The notes below the pieces were generated by a model that ran no database searches, was not told the origin of the DNA, and saw only the letters and a list, made by a program, of their open reading frames with translations. A program made the translations under genes and the position numbers. Shown here piece after piece: positions 44,413 to 54,841 of a stretch of DNA of 64,000 nucleotides (its first letter is position 1; each line of letters starts with the position of its first letter). The DNA is from a virus. The stretch spans positions 106,861 to 170,860 of IMG/VR virus record IMGVR_UViG_3300020190_000007; one strand, given 5' to 3'.

Positions 44413-45353
44413 ATAAATTTATTTTTATAATATTCTACTATTTTTATTATTTCATCATCAAAATTTTTCAATGGTGTCCAACCTAATGACCTCATTTTAG
44501 AATCGTTTAATGAATATCTCATATCCATACCGGGTCTGGAATATGTTAAATCAATAAAATCATTTGGGTCGTCTTTACCATGGTAAATTTTCACTATTTT
44601 ACTCACGGTTTCGTAATTTGTCTGTTCGTAATTTGATGAGATATTAAAAATCTCATTTACTCTATTTGAATTTATTATTGTTATTACGGCCCTTGCAGTA
44701 TCTTCAGCGTGTAACCAATTTCTAATTGGGAAACCATTGTTATGTAAAGGTATTTTTCTACCTAATATTAGATATTTGCAAGTTTTTGGTATAAGTTTTT
44801 CAACGTATTGACCAACACCATAATTGTTTGTTGGTCGAATAATTACATATGGTAAGTTATACGTCCTACCCCACGCAACTATTAATTGGTCTGCGGCTGA
44901 TTTGGTTGCAGAATAAGGATTACTTGGTTTTAAGATATCATCTTCATTGTGTTCACCATTAAGTATATCACCATATACCTCATCGGTACTAAAATGTAAT
45001 AAAACAGGTGTCTTTGACGTTTCTAAACGATATGTTCTAATTAATTCCAATAAATTATGGACACCATTAATATTACTTGAGACAAATTCATTACTATTTG
45101 ATATTGAATTACCAACGTGGGTTTCTGCTGCGGTATTAATCACATAGTCACAATCATATAAAAATTTTAAATCATTAATATCACTTTTAACAAATGTGAA
45201 ATTTTTATATTCATTAAATTCTTTTAATAATTCTTTATTTGATGCATATGTCATTTTATCAACACCCATAACATACCACCCTAAATTCAGACATTCTCTT
45301 GTAATATGAGAACCAATAAAACCTAAACAACCTGTTATGTAAACTACCTTCAT
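44406..45353 (-). CDS. rfbB: dTDP-glucose 4,6-dehydratase-like
   Basis: DKMTYAS, AAETHV, STDEVYG, PSNPYSATK, NNYG..QY.EKLIP. Confidence 0.85.
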   Translation of the reverse strand: MKVVYITGCLGFIGSHITRECLNLGWYVMGVDKMTYASNKELLKEFNEYKNFTFVKSDINDLKFLYDCDYVINTAAETHVGNSISNSNEFVSSNINGVHNLLELIRTYRLETSKTPVLLHFSTDEVYGDILNGEHNEDDILKPSNPYSATKSAADQLIVAWGRTYNLPYVIIRPTNNYGVGQYVEKLIPKTCKYLILGRKIPLHNNGFPIRNWLHAEDTARAVITIINSNRVNEIFNISSNYEQTNYETVSKIVKIYHGKDDPNDFIDLTYSRPGMDMRYSLNDSKMRSLGWTPLKNFDDEIIKIVEYYKNKFIW

Positions 45354-46492
45354 TAATTAAAAAATTTTATAATTTTATCTGTCACGTAATCAACATCATC
45401 AATATTCATCCCATGGTGTGCACCAAGTAAAAACCCATTTCTCATAATCATGTCTGAGTTTTTAAATGACTTTAAATAATTTCTATACGCTGGATGTCTT
45501 GTAACATTACCAGCAAAAGTTACTCTTGTTTGTATATTATTTTCCTCTAAGAAATGAAGTAAATCGTACCTGTACTCACTTTGTAGTGGGATAGCCAACC
45601 AATTGGGTTTTATTGAATCATCGGGTAAAATAATGTCACCAACACCTCTTAAATTATTAATGTATCTTTCTATATTATTTCGTCTTATTTGTTCAAAATT
45701 TTTAAATCTATCTAATTGTACTAAACCAAATGCCGCATTCATTTCCGAACTTTTAAAATTATAACCCAACACCGAATACAAGAATTTGTGGTCGTAAGGA
45801 ATTCCGTCAACAGAATGGTTAAATCTGTCAGACATTATTTCAGAATTATCTCCTAACCTTCCCCAATCTCTGTATTGTAAGCATACGTCTCTTAATTTGG
45901 TGTCATTGAACATAACCATACCCCCCGAACCACCAGCTGTAATCACATGACTAGCGTAAAAACTTGTTGTTGAGATGTCCGATTCTAATGTGTGAGTTAT
46001 AGTGTCAGCAGAATCCTCAATTAAAATAATATCCCCTCTACCAATTTCGATTAAACATTCTTTTAATAATTTCCAATTGGGTTTGTTACCAATAAGATTT
46101 GGTAGCATAATGACTTTAACTTCATTATCAACCAAAGAAATTATTTCACTTACAGTTGGTACATAAGAGTTTATACCAACATCACAAAATACAGGTATTA
46201 AACCTAATTGAATTATAGGTGCTAAAGTTGTTGAAAATGTACAAGAGGGTGTAATCACCTTAGTTCCCTTGTTTAATTGTAAACAAGCTAATGATAATAA
46301 ACAGGCGGACGAACCGCTGTTCACAAAAACACCGAATTTTTTACCAAAAAAACGACTAATTCTTTCTTCAAATTCAATCGTTTTAGGTCCAAATCCGGCA
46401 ATCCAACCATCTCTTAAACAATTAACAACCGCTTGTATTTCCTCCTCACCATATGACTCAAACTTATTAGGTGCGTACCATATTTTTTTCAT
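45353..46492 (-). CDS. DegT/DnrJ-family PLP enzyme, RfbH/ColD-like 3-dehydratase
   Basis: NSGSSA; SFYASHVIT has His in place of the Schiff-base Lys; YDHKF; GNVTRHPAY. Confidence 0.8.
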   Translation of the reverse strand: MKKIWYAPNKFESYGEEEIQAVVNCLRDGWIAGFGPKTIEFEERISRFFGKKFGVFVNSGSSACLLSLACLQLNKGTKVITPSCTFSTTLAPIIQLGLIPVFCDVGINSYVPTVSEIISLVDNEVKVIMLPNLIGNKPNWKLLKECLIEIGRGDIILIEDSADTITHTLESDISTTSFYASHVITAGGSGGMVMFNDTKLRDVCLQYRDWGRLGDNSEIMSDRFNHSVDGIPYDHKFLYSVLGYNFKSSEMNAAFGLVQLDRFKNFEQIRRNNIERYINNLRGVGDIILPDDSIKPNWLAIPLQSEYRYDLLHFLEENNIQTRVTFAGNVTRHPAYRNYLKSFKNSDMIMRNGFLLGAHHGMNIDDVDYVTDKIIKFFN

Positions 46493-46501
46493 AATGTTTT
46501 T

Positions 46502-47347
46502 TTACATCCAACCTAATTGAATAAATCTCATGTGGTTGTCGTCAATATTTTGATTCCTGTGTATGTTACAACCCTCGATACCTTCGTGTGTTGTATGTCT
46601 GATTACTGGAAATGTGGTGACACCACCTTTTTCTCTCCATTGTTCAATGGTGATAAGTGGTTCTTCGTCACTGTAAAATCTAACCAATTTCTTAAATCCA
46701 TGTTTACCCATGTATGCAGAAAATGATACGTCATCATTCCATGATACGTCCATAAACTCCTTATATAAATCATCTTGGAAAAAATATCTTTGATAAGAAA
46801 TTGTTTTATAGTGTTGTAAAAATTTTACATACACGTCTTTATAAACGGAAACAACAAAAGTGTTTCTAACATCATCAAAATCACTCGGGTTCTCACATCT
46901 ACTTCCATCATATCCACAAGCGGTGTCAGTATAGGTTTCTTGATTTTTAACTTGTTCTTCAACCATCTTGGGGTGATAAACTAAATCATCATCACATACA
47001 ATCAAAATAGCGTCTCTTTCGGTAACTCTTTTTAAGGTGGGAACTAACTTTGTCATAGTACCTAAATCATCTAAACCTTCAAAAATTTTAAATTTAGGAT
47101 GTTGTTGTGACAACTCTTTCATCCATTCTGGTATAACGTAAGGTTCACCGGTTAATTTACTTACAGACGGTACGTTTAAATGTATTTCATATTCACCATT
47201 ATATTCTTGTTCTATTAATGATTTAATATTACTTTTTATCCCTGTATCATATTCCGCCGAAAGTCTTGATGGGATTGTTGTTAATGTTACGATAACTCTT
47301 CTCTTATGTTTCATAATTAAATTTTTAATTGTATTCAGAATTGACAT
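46502..47347 (-). CDS. GT-A glycosyltransferase
   Basis: VTLTTIPSR, DLGTMTKL, VCDDDLVY. Confidence 0.75.
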   Translation of the reverse strand: MSILNTIKNLIMKHKRRVIVTLTTIPSRLSAEYDTGIKSNIKSLIEQEYNGEYEIHLNVPSVSKLTGEPYVIPEWMKELSQQHPKFKIFEGLDDLGTMTKLVPTLKRVTERDAILIVCDDDLVYHPKMVEEQVKNQETYTDTACGYDGSRCENPSDFDDVRNTFVVSVYKDVYVKFLQHYKTISYQRYFFQDDLYKEFMDVSWNDDVSFSAYMGKHGFKKLVRFYSDEEPLITIEQWREKGGVTTFPVIRHTTHEGIEGCNIHRNQNIDDNHMRFIQLGWM

Positions 47348-47350
47348 AAT

Positions 47351-48202
47351 TTATTTTTGAGTGTAAATTTTATTGTTATTTTGGGTAAATTCATCAAAAA
47401 TTCTATCATGCATATAACCCATATGGTGACCGCATTGAGCTCTAAACTCATTAAATCCCGAATCAGGAAATAATATCTGTCTTACGATTGGGAAAGAATG
47501 TGAACCTCTTCCATTATTGTTTACAGACCTCCAGTCCGTCTCATTTTCCCAAGTTGCAACAATATATGGTCTTTCCCTTAATCTAAAATAATAACCTGTT
47601 AATACATCATCATTTGTTGCCATGGATAAAAATGATTCATCCATAAAATCATCACTAAAGTAATTTCTTAGATAAGATACCGAATGCCAATGACCGGGTT
47701 GAATAACTTGACCATCGTATTTTATTGGGAAATAAAAATGTGTAGGACTTAAGGTATATTTAACAATACCATCACTGTCTAACCACTCTCTTTTTTCAAT
47801 ACAATTATCACCCCTGAAACAAATCATAGCTTCAGGGTATTGAGACATCTTTTTTAAATGGTATTCTAACATGTCTTCGTGGTAAACATGGTCATCATCA
47901 CAAACAATCATTATGTCGTCGGGATTTGTGATATAGAGTAACGCTCCTGTAATTTTAACCACGGGACCATAATCTTTCTCAACGCGATTAATTATTAATT
48001 TAGAATTTTTATTTACAAAATCAATTAAGTCATTTGAGATGATGTATTCTTCATCGTTATTATTTTTATACTTGTATGGTATATTTAACAATACTTTGTA
48101 ATCTTTATCTGTCTTCTGATTCAAAAGAGAGGTCAGATTTTCTTTAAATGAATCCCAAAGATTTATTCTTTTAGGTACTGTTGTAAGTGAAATGTAAATC
48201 AT
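47351..48202 (-). CDS. GT-A glycosyltransferase (paralog of 46502-47347)
   Basis: ISLTTVPKR, DYGPVVK, VCDDDHVY. Confidence 0.75.
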   Translation of the reverse strand: MIYISLTTVPKRINLWDSFKENLTSLLNQKTDKDYKVLLNIPYKYKNNNDEEYIISNDLIDFVNKNSKLIINRVEKDYGPVVKITGALLYITNPDDIMIVCDDDHVYHEDMLEYHLKKMSQYPEAMICFRGDNCIEKREWLDSDGIVKYTLSPTHFYFPIKYDGQVIQPGHWHSVSYLRNYFSDDFMDESFLSMATNDDVLTGYYFRLRERPYIVATWENETDWRSVNNNGRGSHSFPIVRQILFPDSGFNEFRAQCGHHMGYMHDRIFDEFTQNNNKIYTQK

Positions 48203-48203
48203 G

Positions 48204-48989
48204 TTATAGTTTGTTTATTAATTTTATAAAATCTAAAGAATGTTCGGGTCTATTTAAATCGTTTTTTCTATCATATTCGGGATTTGGGTAATTGTTCATA
48301 TCTAAATCAACTTTTTTACCACTTTTAAAAGTGTCTAAAAATCTACTTAGAGTCGACTTATTATTCGCGACCAGTGTTTTATTTATGAACGTCATTTCCA
48401 ATATGTGTGGTAAAGTAATATCAAGTCCATATTCTGAGTATGGAGATGAACCCGCATAATTGTTACAATGAATATGACAATGATAAAAATATTCGTTAAT
48501 TTTTTTAAGTACGTCAAAATACTCTTGTAGTAATCTTGGGTTGTCAATTGGGTGAAACTCCACAACAATTCCCGTTACGATTTCTGATAATCTTTTTATA
48601 TCAGAATTTAAAAAGAAGGGGAATTCTGCACCCTCAATATCCATTTTTAAAAAAACTTGTTCTTTAATGCCACTCTGTTCATAGTGAGCAAAGAATGTAT
48701 CTAAATCGGTTTCTTTTTGGTAAGACAAACCCTCTTTTTTAAACACCATTAGGTGTTGTAAATCATGAGGAATACCCGCACCTTCCACTGTGTGGTCATA
48801 TGAGAATGAAGGTTTATTAGTTTTTCTTACGTAATCAATTTCAAATGAAATATCAGAACCAACTCCATAAGAGAATAATGCTGCACTTGAATCTAATATT
48901 ATTTGGGGAGCAACATAACCACCATCCCATTCATTTCCCAATCTAACTTTGGGTGACTTAACGTCGTATAATTTTAATTGCTCAATCAT
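48204..48989 (-). CDS. FkbM-like methyltransferase
   Basis: RLGNEWDGGY, SYGVG.DISFE, LKMDIEGAE, VEFH. Confidence 0.8.
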   Translation of the reverse strand: MIEQLKLYDVKSPKVRLGNEWDGGYVAPQIILDSSAALFSYGVGSDISFEIDYVRKTNKPSFSYDHTVEGAGIPHDLQHLMVFKKEGLSYQKETDLDTFFAHYEQSGIKEQVFLKMDIEGAEFPFFLNSDIKRLSEIVTGIVVEFHPIDNPRLLQEYFDVLKKINEYFYHCHIHCNNYAGSSPYSEYGLDITLPHILEMTFINKTLVANNKSTLSRFLDTFKSGKKVDLDMNNYPNPEYDRKNDLNRPEHSLDFIKLINKL

Positions 48990-49006
48990 TTTTTCTTTAT
49001 CTTTAA

Positions 49007-49636
49007 TTATAGTAATCCCATTTTTTCAAAAAAATCAAATAGTCTATCTCTATCAGTTATATGTACTTCACCATCTGACCATTCTTTTACCATGTAACCT
49101 TCGTTATCACAGTATAATGAATGTACATCAATGTATGGGTAGTTATTTTCTTTACATTTTTCTTTTAATAAATCATTTATTTTTTGAACGTAACGTAATC
49201 TATCACTGTCTAATCCAATTACAGGGTATTGTTCTTGGAATCGACTATGGTCATAATTACCTGTGAGATACCTTATTGTGGGAACGACACTCATTATTGC
49301 AATTTCATGATAATTTGCGTTTTTAATTGATTCAAAATAGTTTGAAACTAATGTGTTTATTACTTCATCTTCATTTCTACCGTTCACATTAATCTGATTC
49401 CATAAATGACATCGACAATCTATTTCACCAAACGCCAACACCCACAAACCTTCTCTTGAAACTTCACCTCTCGGAATGTAATAGTTATCAAAGTTTTCTT
49501 CTAAACCATCTCTACCAACTCTATGCATGGTTATTGGTCCAACGTTTAGTGTCCCTATTTTTGGGTGACCAATATGAAAAGTGTTTGAATGCGAATCACC
49601 GATTACCCATATTTTTTCATATTTTTTATAATTCAC
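49007..49636 (-). CDS. SGNH/GDSL-type hydrolase or acyltransferase
   Basis: IGDSH, FGEIDCR, DGEVH. Confidence 0.7.
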   Translation of the reverse strand: MNYKKYEKIWVIGDSHSNTFHIGHPKIGTLNVGPITMHRVGRDGLEENFDNYYIPRGEVSREGLWVLAFGEIDCRCHLWNQINVNGRNEDEVINTLVSNYFESIKNANYHEIAIMSVVPTIRYLTGNYDHSRFQEQYPVIGLDSDRLRYVQKINDLLKEKCKENNYPYIDVHSLYCDNEGYMVKEWSDGEVHITDRDRLFDFFEKMGLL

Positions 49637-50670
49637 TATAAAAGTTTATCTAAGTTTATTAATTCATCAACAAATAGTTTTGAATAAGAATCTAATCTTG
49701 AATTTTCCTCATACCATTTTCTACCATTTTGACCAATAAATTCTACCAATTTCGGTTTGTTTTTTAATTCTTCAAATTTTTCAATATAAGCGTTCGCTAA
49801 TCTGGGAAAATCAGACAAATCATCACAATCAACTTTAGCATAATGATAATTAGGAATCAATTTATTATGATATTGAATAGCTAATTCAGGTCTTATAACC
49901 GCACAACCCAAACCCATACCGTCAATTAAACGACCTGATATTTCTACCACTGAGTTTACGTCCATAATGATAGAATATTGTGAAAGTTCTATCATAAATT
50001 CATCACCCGTTAACCTATCGGGATAAAAAATGTTAAACCTATCATCAAAATGTCTCAAGTATTCCCTAAACGGGGCATTACCACCTCTTAAAAACAATTT
50101 TTCGGGTATTTTCCTATCGACCCTATTGTATAACTTTTCAATTTCAATCATACCACTTTTAAAATATGTTGACATGGTACACGGTGTGTAGACATATTCC
50201 AAACAATTTTTTTTATACCCCTCTTCATCGGTACAATCAAATGGTATCATTGGTTTATAATGTACGACATCAAAATTAATGCCCACAGGTTGAAACACAT
50301 CAACACAATTATCTAAATCCCAACCCCAAGGCGATTCGCCCTTTGTTATATAATACCCCCTATCGCAATACGATATTATCATAAACTTTCCCGTTTTTGG
50401 ATTTTTTATGACAGGTGTGGCAATACCATATGCGGGGCAACAACAATCTTTGTTTATTAATCTTGTATTAATTGGTATGAATTCAATTTCTGGATATTTT
50501 TTAATTAAACTTCTAAGAATTTCTATGGGACATATTTGATGCATATATTCTACACCATCGTATGTAATGTCGGGATTTTTAATATCGTCTGCGTCGAATT
50601 CACTAAACCCGTCAACCCCCGTAACTTGAGGAAAATCTAAATAAAATTCTATTTTTTTGATTGACGACAT
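49636..50670 (-). CDS. putative GT-B glycosyltransferase
   Basis: C-terminal LIPNYHY...IGQNGRKWY segment typical of CgeB/CAP10-like domains; cluster context. Confidence 0.55.
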   Translation of the reverse strand: MSSIKKIEFYLDFPQVTGVDGFSEFDADDIKNPDITYDGVEYMHQICPIEILRSLIKKYPEIEFIPINTRLINKDCCCPAYGIATPVIKNPKTGKFMIISYCDRGYYITKGESPWGWDLDNCVDVFQPVGINFDVVHYKPMIPFDCTDEEGYKKNCLEYVYTPCTMSTYFKSGMIEIEKLYNRVDRKIPEKLFLRGGNAPFREYLRHFDDRFNIFYPDRLTGDEFMIELSQYSIIMDVNSVVEISGRLIDGMGLGCAVIRPELAIQYHNKLIPNYHYAKVDCDDLSDFPRLANAYIEKFEELKNKPKLVEFIGQNGRKWYEENSRLDSYSKLFVDELINLDKLL

Positions 50671-51413
50671 TAATTACCAAATAATTTAGAAAAAAGACCC
50701 GTTTTATTATTTTCTAAATCAGAATTTTTTACAAAAACAGTTTGTCTACCCCATAGAACTTTGATATATCCGTTTTCTAATAGATATGGTGTAAGGTATT
50801 TGTCTTTTCCACCTAAATCCGTATCAAAATCGGTGTCATCAATTGAAATCAGATGATTGTCAGCCAATTTATCTTTCGCGGCCATAAACGCCTCTAAATG
50901 TTTCTCAGCAAAATTATCAGTACCCACATCCCAACCATCTAAAAATAATAAATCAATTTTCTTATTGAAATTTTTCAAAAACTCAATACCATCATGTGGA
51001 ATGTGCATATGTAAATTACTTGGTATTGGTTCTTTAATGTGATGTTCATAAGAACTCTCAATTTCTTGTTTACACATTTGGTCGATATCAACCGTATGTA
51101 CTTCAAAACCTTCTCTAACCCAAAAATAAGTTGAATGACCATCTTGACAACATGGGGGAGCGTCTTTACTTTCCAATTTCATTGAGTTATTATGATAAGA
51201 AATACAACTCTGAGTCAATTCTCTTCTTGTTGAACCAATTTCAACGATAACATTACCTTCAATTATTTTCAATAACTCTACGGTTTTTGTAATCCAAGGT
51301 GCGGGGTAATTTCTAATACTATTTTCCTCGTGCGTTAAAATATTGTGGTCCCAATAGTATGTTGTTTTTTTAAAATTACTACATGCTTTTAATACTTCTG
51401 TAAATTTGCTCAT
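50670..51413 (-). CDS. class I SAM-dependent methyltransferase
   Basis: IVEIGS, TVDID, IDLLFLDG, IDDTD. Confidence 0.75.
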   Translation of the reverse strand: MSKFTEVLKACSNFKKTTYYWDHNILTHEENSIRNYPAPWITKTVELLKIIEGNVIVEIGSTRRELTQSCISYHNNSMKLESKDAPPCCQDGHSTYFWVREGFEVHTVDIDQMCKQEIESSYEHHIKEPIPSNLHMHIPHDGIEFLKNFNKKIDLLFLDGWDVGTDNFAEKHLEAFMAAKDKLADNHLISIDDTDFDTDLGGKDKYLTPYLLENGYIKVLWGRQTVFVKNSDLENNKTGLFSKLFGN

Positions 51414-51417
51414 TTTT

Positions 51418-52686
51418 TTAATTATTTAAATTTATTTCTTTTCTTTCTACCCATCCTCTTTCAGGTGAGTGAGCCCAATAAACGACTCTTTTTGGTTCTT
51501 TTTCAATCAAAAACATTTCTTCGTAGTGAATTGGTCCATCACCATTTAAAAATTTTTGTAAATTATGACCATCAATGTACTTGTTAAATATTGATAACCC
51601 ATTTTCATCATCATACGCTACCAATATAAAATCATAATCATTTTCAGGTAGGTCATTTCTATCAATATTAACTAAATAGTAAAATGATTTCATAAATGAT
51701 TCCTCCCACTCTTCCTCTGTATCAAATTGTGGATTAGGTGGGAATTTATCGTCAATTGTCCACTTTTGAAACGCTCTTTTCTTGAAATGAATACCCGCAT
51801 ATTTTTCATAGTCACGAATAGTCCTATCAGTTCCCAACCCATATGGTCCTAAATCGTGACCATTATCCTCAGTGCACAATAGTTGTCTAATTCTTGAACG
51901 AGCAACGTCATTACCTTTCCACCACATACTTTCACCCCGTTTATGTTGGTCATCCCATACCAATTTACCAGCGCGTTCTTCTCTCATGGTTGCGTGCCAT
52001 ATAACAACTTGATGTGGGTGAAACAAATCGTATCCATGTGTAAAACTCCGAACCGAAAGATTGATTTCTTCACCAGCAAAAAAGATATTTGGGTCGTGCC
52101 TAACTTCTTTAGCCCATTTATTAGGACCAAAACAAAAATGACCACTTAAGAATCTGGCGGGATATGGTTTTGTCAAGTCTTGCCAACCACCACGAACACC
52201 GGCAGGTCTTATGAATATTGTACCATGTGGGTAAAAACATTCAGCTCTTGAGAACCAAGGTTCGTGAACTCTTTTTTCAGGGTCATTAAACGGGTCATAG
52301 TAAGGTAAATAACCACAAATAAGTGGATTATGTCCATCCTCCTTTAATTCGTGATACCAACCAATCAATTTAGAATCCCAATTCTCAGAAAATCTATGAT
52401 GAGAGTCTAATTGACAAACAAAATCTTCATCGGTTAACAATTCTTCATTAATGACAGAACGTGCATACGCTAAACCTTTTGCTTCGGTATAATGAATGTC
52501 TTTTATTTTAAATCGTGGGTCATCTCTATACTCATCAACATTATCAAAACCATCCTCGGGGTTAAATTGTCGACAAATACCAAAGTGAATTCTTTCGGGA
52601 AACTGGGCGTTTTCTAACGCACTTTTTATTGTAGGTAATAACTCAGGTTCCCTATATGCTGGTAAATGAACTAATATTTTTTCCAT
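51418..52686 (-). CDS. GT60-like (Skp1-type) GlcNAc transferase
   Basis: AYREPEL, AKGLAYAR, QLDSHHRF..NWD, FFAGEEI.LSVR.FTHGYDLF. Confidence 0.8.
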   Translation of the reverse strand: MEKILVHLPAYREPELLPTIKSALENAQFPERIHFGICRQFNPEDGFDNVDEYRDDPRFKIKDIHYTEAKGLAYARSVINEELLTDEDFVCQLDSHHRFSENWDSKLIGWYHELKEDGHNPLICGYLPYYDPFNDPEKRVHEPWFSRAECFYPHGTIFIRPAGVRGGWQDLTKPYPARFLSGHFCFGPNKWAKEVRHDPNIFFAGEEINLSVRSFTHGYDLFHPHQVVIWHATMREERAGKLVWDDQHKRGESMWWKGNDVARSRIRQLLCTEDNGHDLGPYGLGTDRTIRDYEKYAGIHFKKRAFQKWTIDDKFPPNPQFDTEEEWEESFMKSFYYLVNIDRNDLPENDYDFILVAYDDENGLSIFNKYIDGHNLQKFLNGDGPIHYEEMFLIEKEPKRVVYWAHSPERGWVERKEINLNN

Positions 52687-52694
52687 ATATTTTA

Positions 52695-53951
52695 TTAAAT
52701 TACACCCTCTAGTCTATTACCCCAACCATGTTTTTCTGAATGTGGCCAAACATACCATTTAGCGGGTTTACTTACCGTTTCAAAACTTCTCCATAGTTTA
52801 CAGTAACCGTCCACATCTCTTTTCATCATTCGAATTTCTTCAGGTGAGGCGTCTTGTCTGTAAATTTCATTACCATTTTCATCATTAAAAGACACCGCCC
52901 AAAACGTGTAGTCGTCATGAGGTACATCATGGTAACCAATATCTATACAATGTTTAAAATGTGAAGTAAATGAATTATCATATTCGATTTGGTCTTCAAT
53001 ATATGGATTTGGTGGGTGGTTGTAATCTAATGTATATCTTTGTGTCGCTCTTTTTTTAAAAGAGATACCCGAATATCTTTCGTATTGTTCAAGAGTTCTA
53101 TTTGGACCAAAACCAAAATCACCAAAATCAATTTCTTTACCGTCATTCTCCATACCAAATAGTTTCCTATTTTTATAATGACTGTACTCATTTCTTTTGT
53201 GCCATATCGGGTCGTCATCCCACTGTTTAGTGGAACCCCTACGAGTGTAATAGTGCCATATTAAAACTCGATGTAAATGGAATAAATCATATCCATGGGT
53301 ATAGGCTCTAACAGATATCGAAATTTCCTCACCATGAAAATAATAATCGGGGTCATGTTGTACTTCTAACGCAAATTGACCAAGAGTGAAACAAAAGTGA
53401 GCGGAATAAAATCTAGCTTTGACAGGCTCGTCTCTTTCTTTAAAATCATCAATTGATGCCGGAAGAAAATGTATATTACCATCAGGACTAAATCTATCAA
53501 AGTTCATTTTCCATGGTACGTCTAAACGACCTTTTGGGTCGTTCTCAGGTTCGTATGAGGGTATGTATCCCGTTAACATGGGTTTTTTATGACCCTTTTC
53601 CTGTAATTTTTTTAATTCTATAATTAATTCTTCATCCCAATTTTTTGTAAATCTGTGATGTGAGTCCAATTGTAAAGTGTACTCTTCACCATCATATTGT
53701 TGTTGTAAGATATGTCTCGCCCAACACGGACCTTTAGCTTTTGTATGATTGATGTCGATTATTTTAAATCGTGGGTCACATTTCCATTCATCTAAATTAT
53801 CCCACTCATCATCTTTTGAGTGTTGCCAGGCAATGGAAAATACGAGTTTATCAGGGTTTTTGGCTTTCTTTATACAATCTTTGAGTGTTGGTAACAGTTC
53901 TTTATCCCTGTAGGCCGCTATCTGTATAAAAATTTTTCTATTATCAGGCAT
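52695..53951 (-). CDS. GT60-like (Skp1-type) GlcNAc transferase (paralog)
   Basis: IFIQIAAYRD.EL, KGPCWAR, QLDSHHRF..NWD, YFHGEEI...RAYTHGYDLF. Confidence 0.82.
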   Translation of the reverse strand: MPDNRKIFIQIAAYRDKELLPTLKDCIKKAKNPDKLVFSIAWQHSKDDEWDNLDEWKCDPRFKIIDINHTKAKGPCWARHILQQQYDGEEYTLQLDSHHRFTKNWDEELIIELKKLQEKGHKKPMLTGYIPSYEPENDPKGRLDVPWKMNFDRFSPDGNIHFLPASIDDFKERDEPVKARFYSAHFCFTLGQFALEVQHDPDYYFHGEEISISVRAYTHGYDLFHLHRVLIWHYYTRRGSTKQWDDDPIWHKRNEYSHYKNRKLFGMENDGKEIDFGDFGFGPNRTLEQYERYSGISFKKRATQRYTLDYNHPPNPYIEDQIEYDNSFTSHFKHCIDIGYHDVPHDDYTFWAVSFNDENGNEIYRQDASPEEIRMMKRDVDGYCKLWRSFETVSKPAKWYVWPHSEKHGWGNRLEGVI

Positions 53952-54053
53952 ACCGTAAACTTTTTTTTAAAAAATAACCATTTATTGTATCAATGTCAAG
54001 AGGTCTTTGTTTTTTCATCTTTATTTCTTATACTTTACTAAGACACTTAAAAC

Positions 54054-54425
54054 ATGAAAAACATATACCAACCAATCGTCATGGAAAAGGCGAGTGAAAT
54101 TGTTCTCTTACTTAGGGAATCTGATTTTTTTAATGAGTATGAGATTGAAGACGAATCTTACGCGTTGGAGTTCTTCTGTGATAAACTCACAACAAAATTT
54201 ATTAATGGCGACTTAGATGAAGACTCATTAGAAAATATCTTCAATCAAGACGACATGGAAGAATTTCTAAAAGAAATAGTCACCGGTAGTCTTTTATATG
54301 AACTACAAAAAAAAGGAATCATAGACTCCATTGAAGATGAAAATAATGAAGAAAGGTTTTTTTTGACCGATAAAGGAAGGGAAATAGTTAAGAATATTGG
54401 AAGTGGGTTAGATAATGAGGAATAA
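54054..54425 (+). CDS. hypothetical protein (possible winged helix)
   Basis: ORF track; L.ELQKKGII...FFLTDKGRE. Confidence 0.55.
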   Translation: MKNIYQPIVMEKASEIVLLLRESDFFNEYEIEDESYALEFFCDKLTTKFINGDLDEDSLENIFNQDDMEEFLKEIVTGSLLYELQKKGIIDSIEDENNEERFFLTDKGREIVKNIGSGLDNEE

Positions 54426-54758
54426 TTATTTTACTCTCTTTTCTTCAGCTTGACTTTGATTAGAATATTTTTTATGGGTTTTAACTTTGTTTTTTAAAAC
54501 TTTCAACGTAGAATGTGCATTAGATAAATTATCTGATATCGTCTTGAATCTACCGTTTGTTAAAGTTTTTAATCCATCTGGTGTTAAATCTTGTAATTTT
54601 CTTAACTCCTTAATGGTTTCACTAAGTTGGAATTCCAACTCATCGATTTTGAACTGAACCCTGTTGTAATCGTTCCTGTTAACTTTAGAAACTTCCTCAT
54701 ACAAAACGCTCCTAAGTATATTCAACACGTCATTTTCATTGATTTTGTTTAATTCCAT
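54426..54758 (-). CDS. coiled-coil hypothetical protein
   Basis: ORF track; TATTTATA 54763-54770. Confidence 0.65.
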   Translation of the reverse strand: MELNKINENDVLNILRSVLYEEVSKVNRNDYNRVQFKIDELEFQLSETIKELRKLQDLTPDGLKTLTNGRFKTISDNLSNAHSTLKVLKNKVKTHKKYSNQSQAEEKRVK

Positions 54759-54841
54759 ATCCTATAAATATCTTGGTTTAGGTGTTTGGTAAATTAAATT
54801 ATTTTACTTACCTTTTTGATAAATAACTAAAAAGAGAAAAA

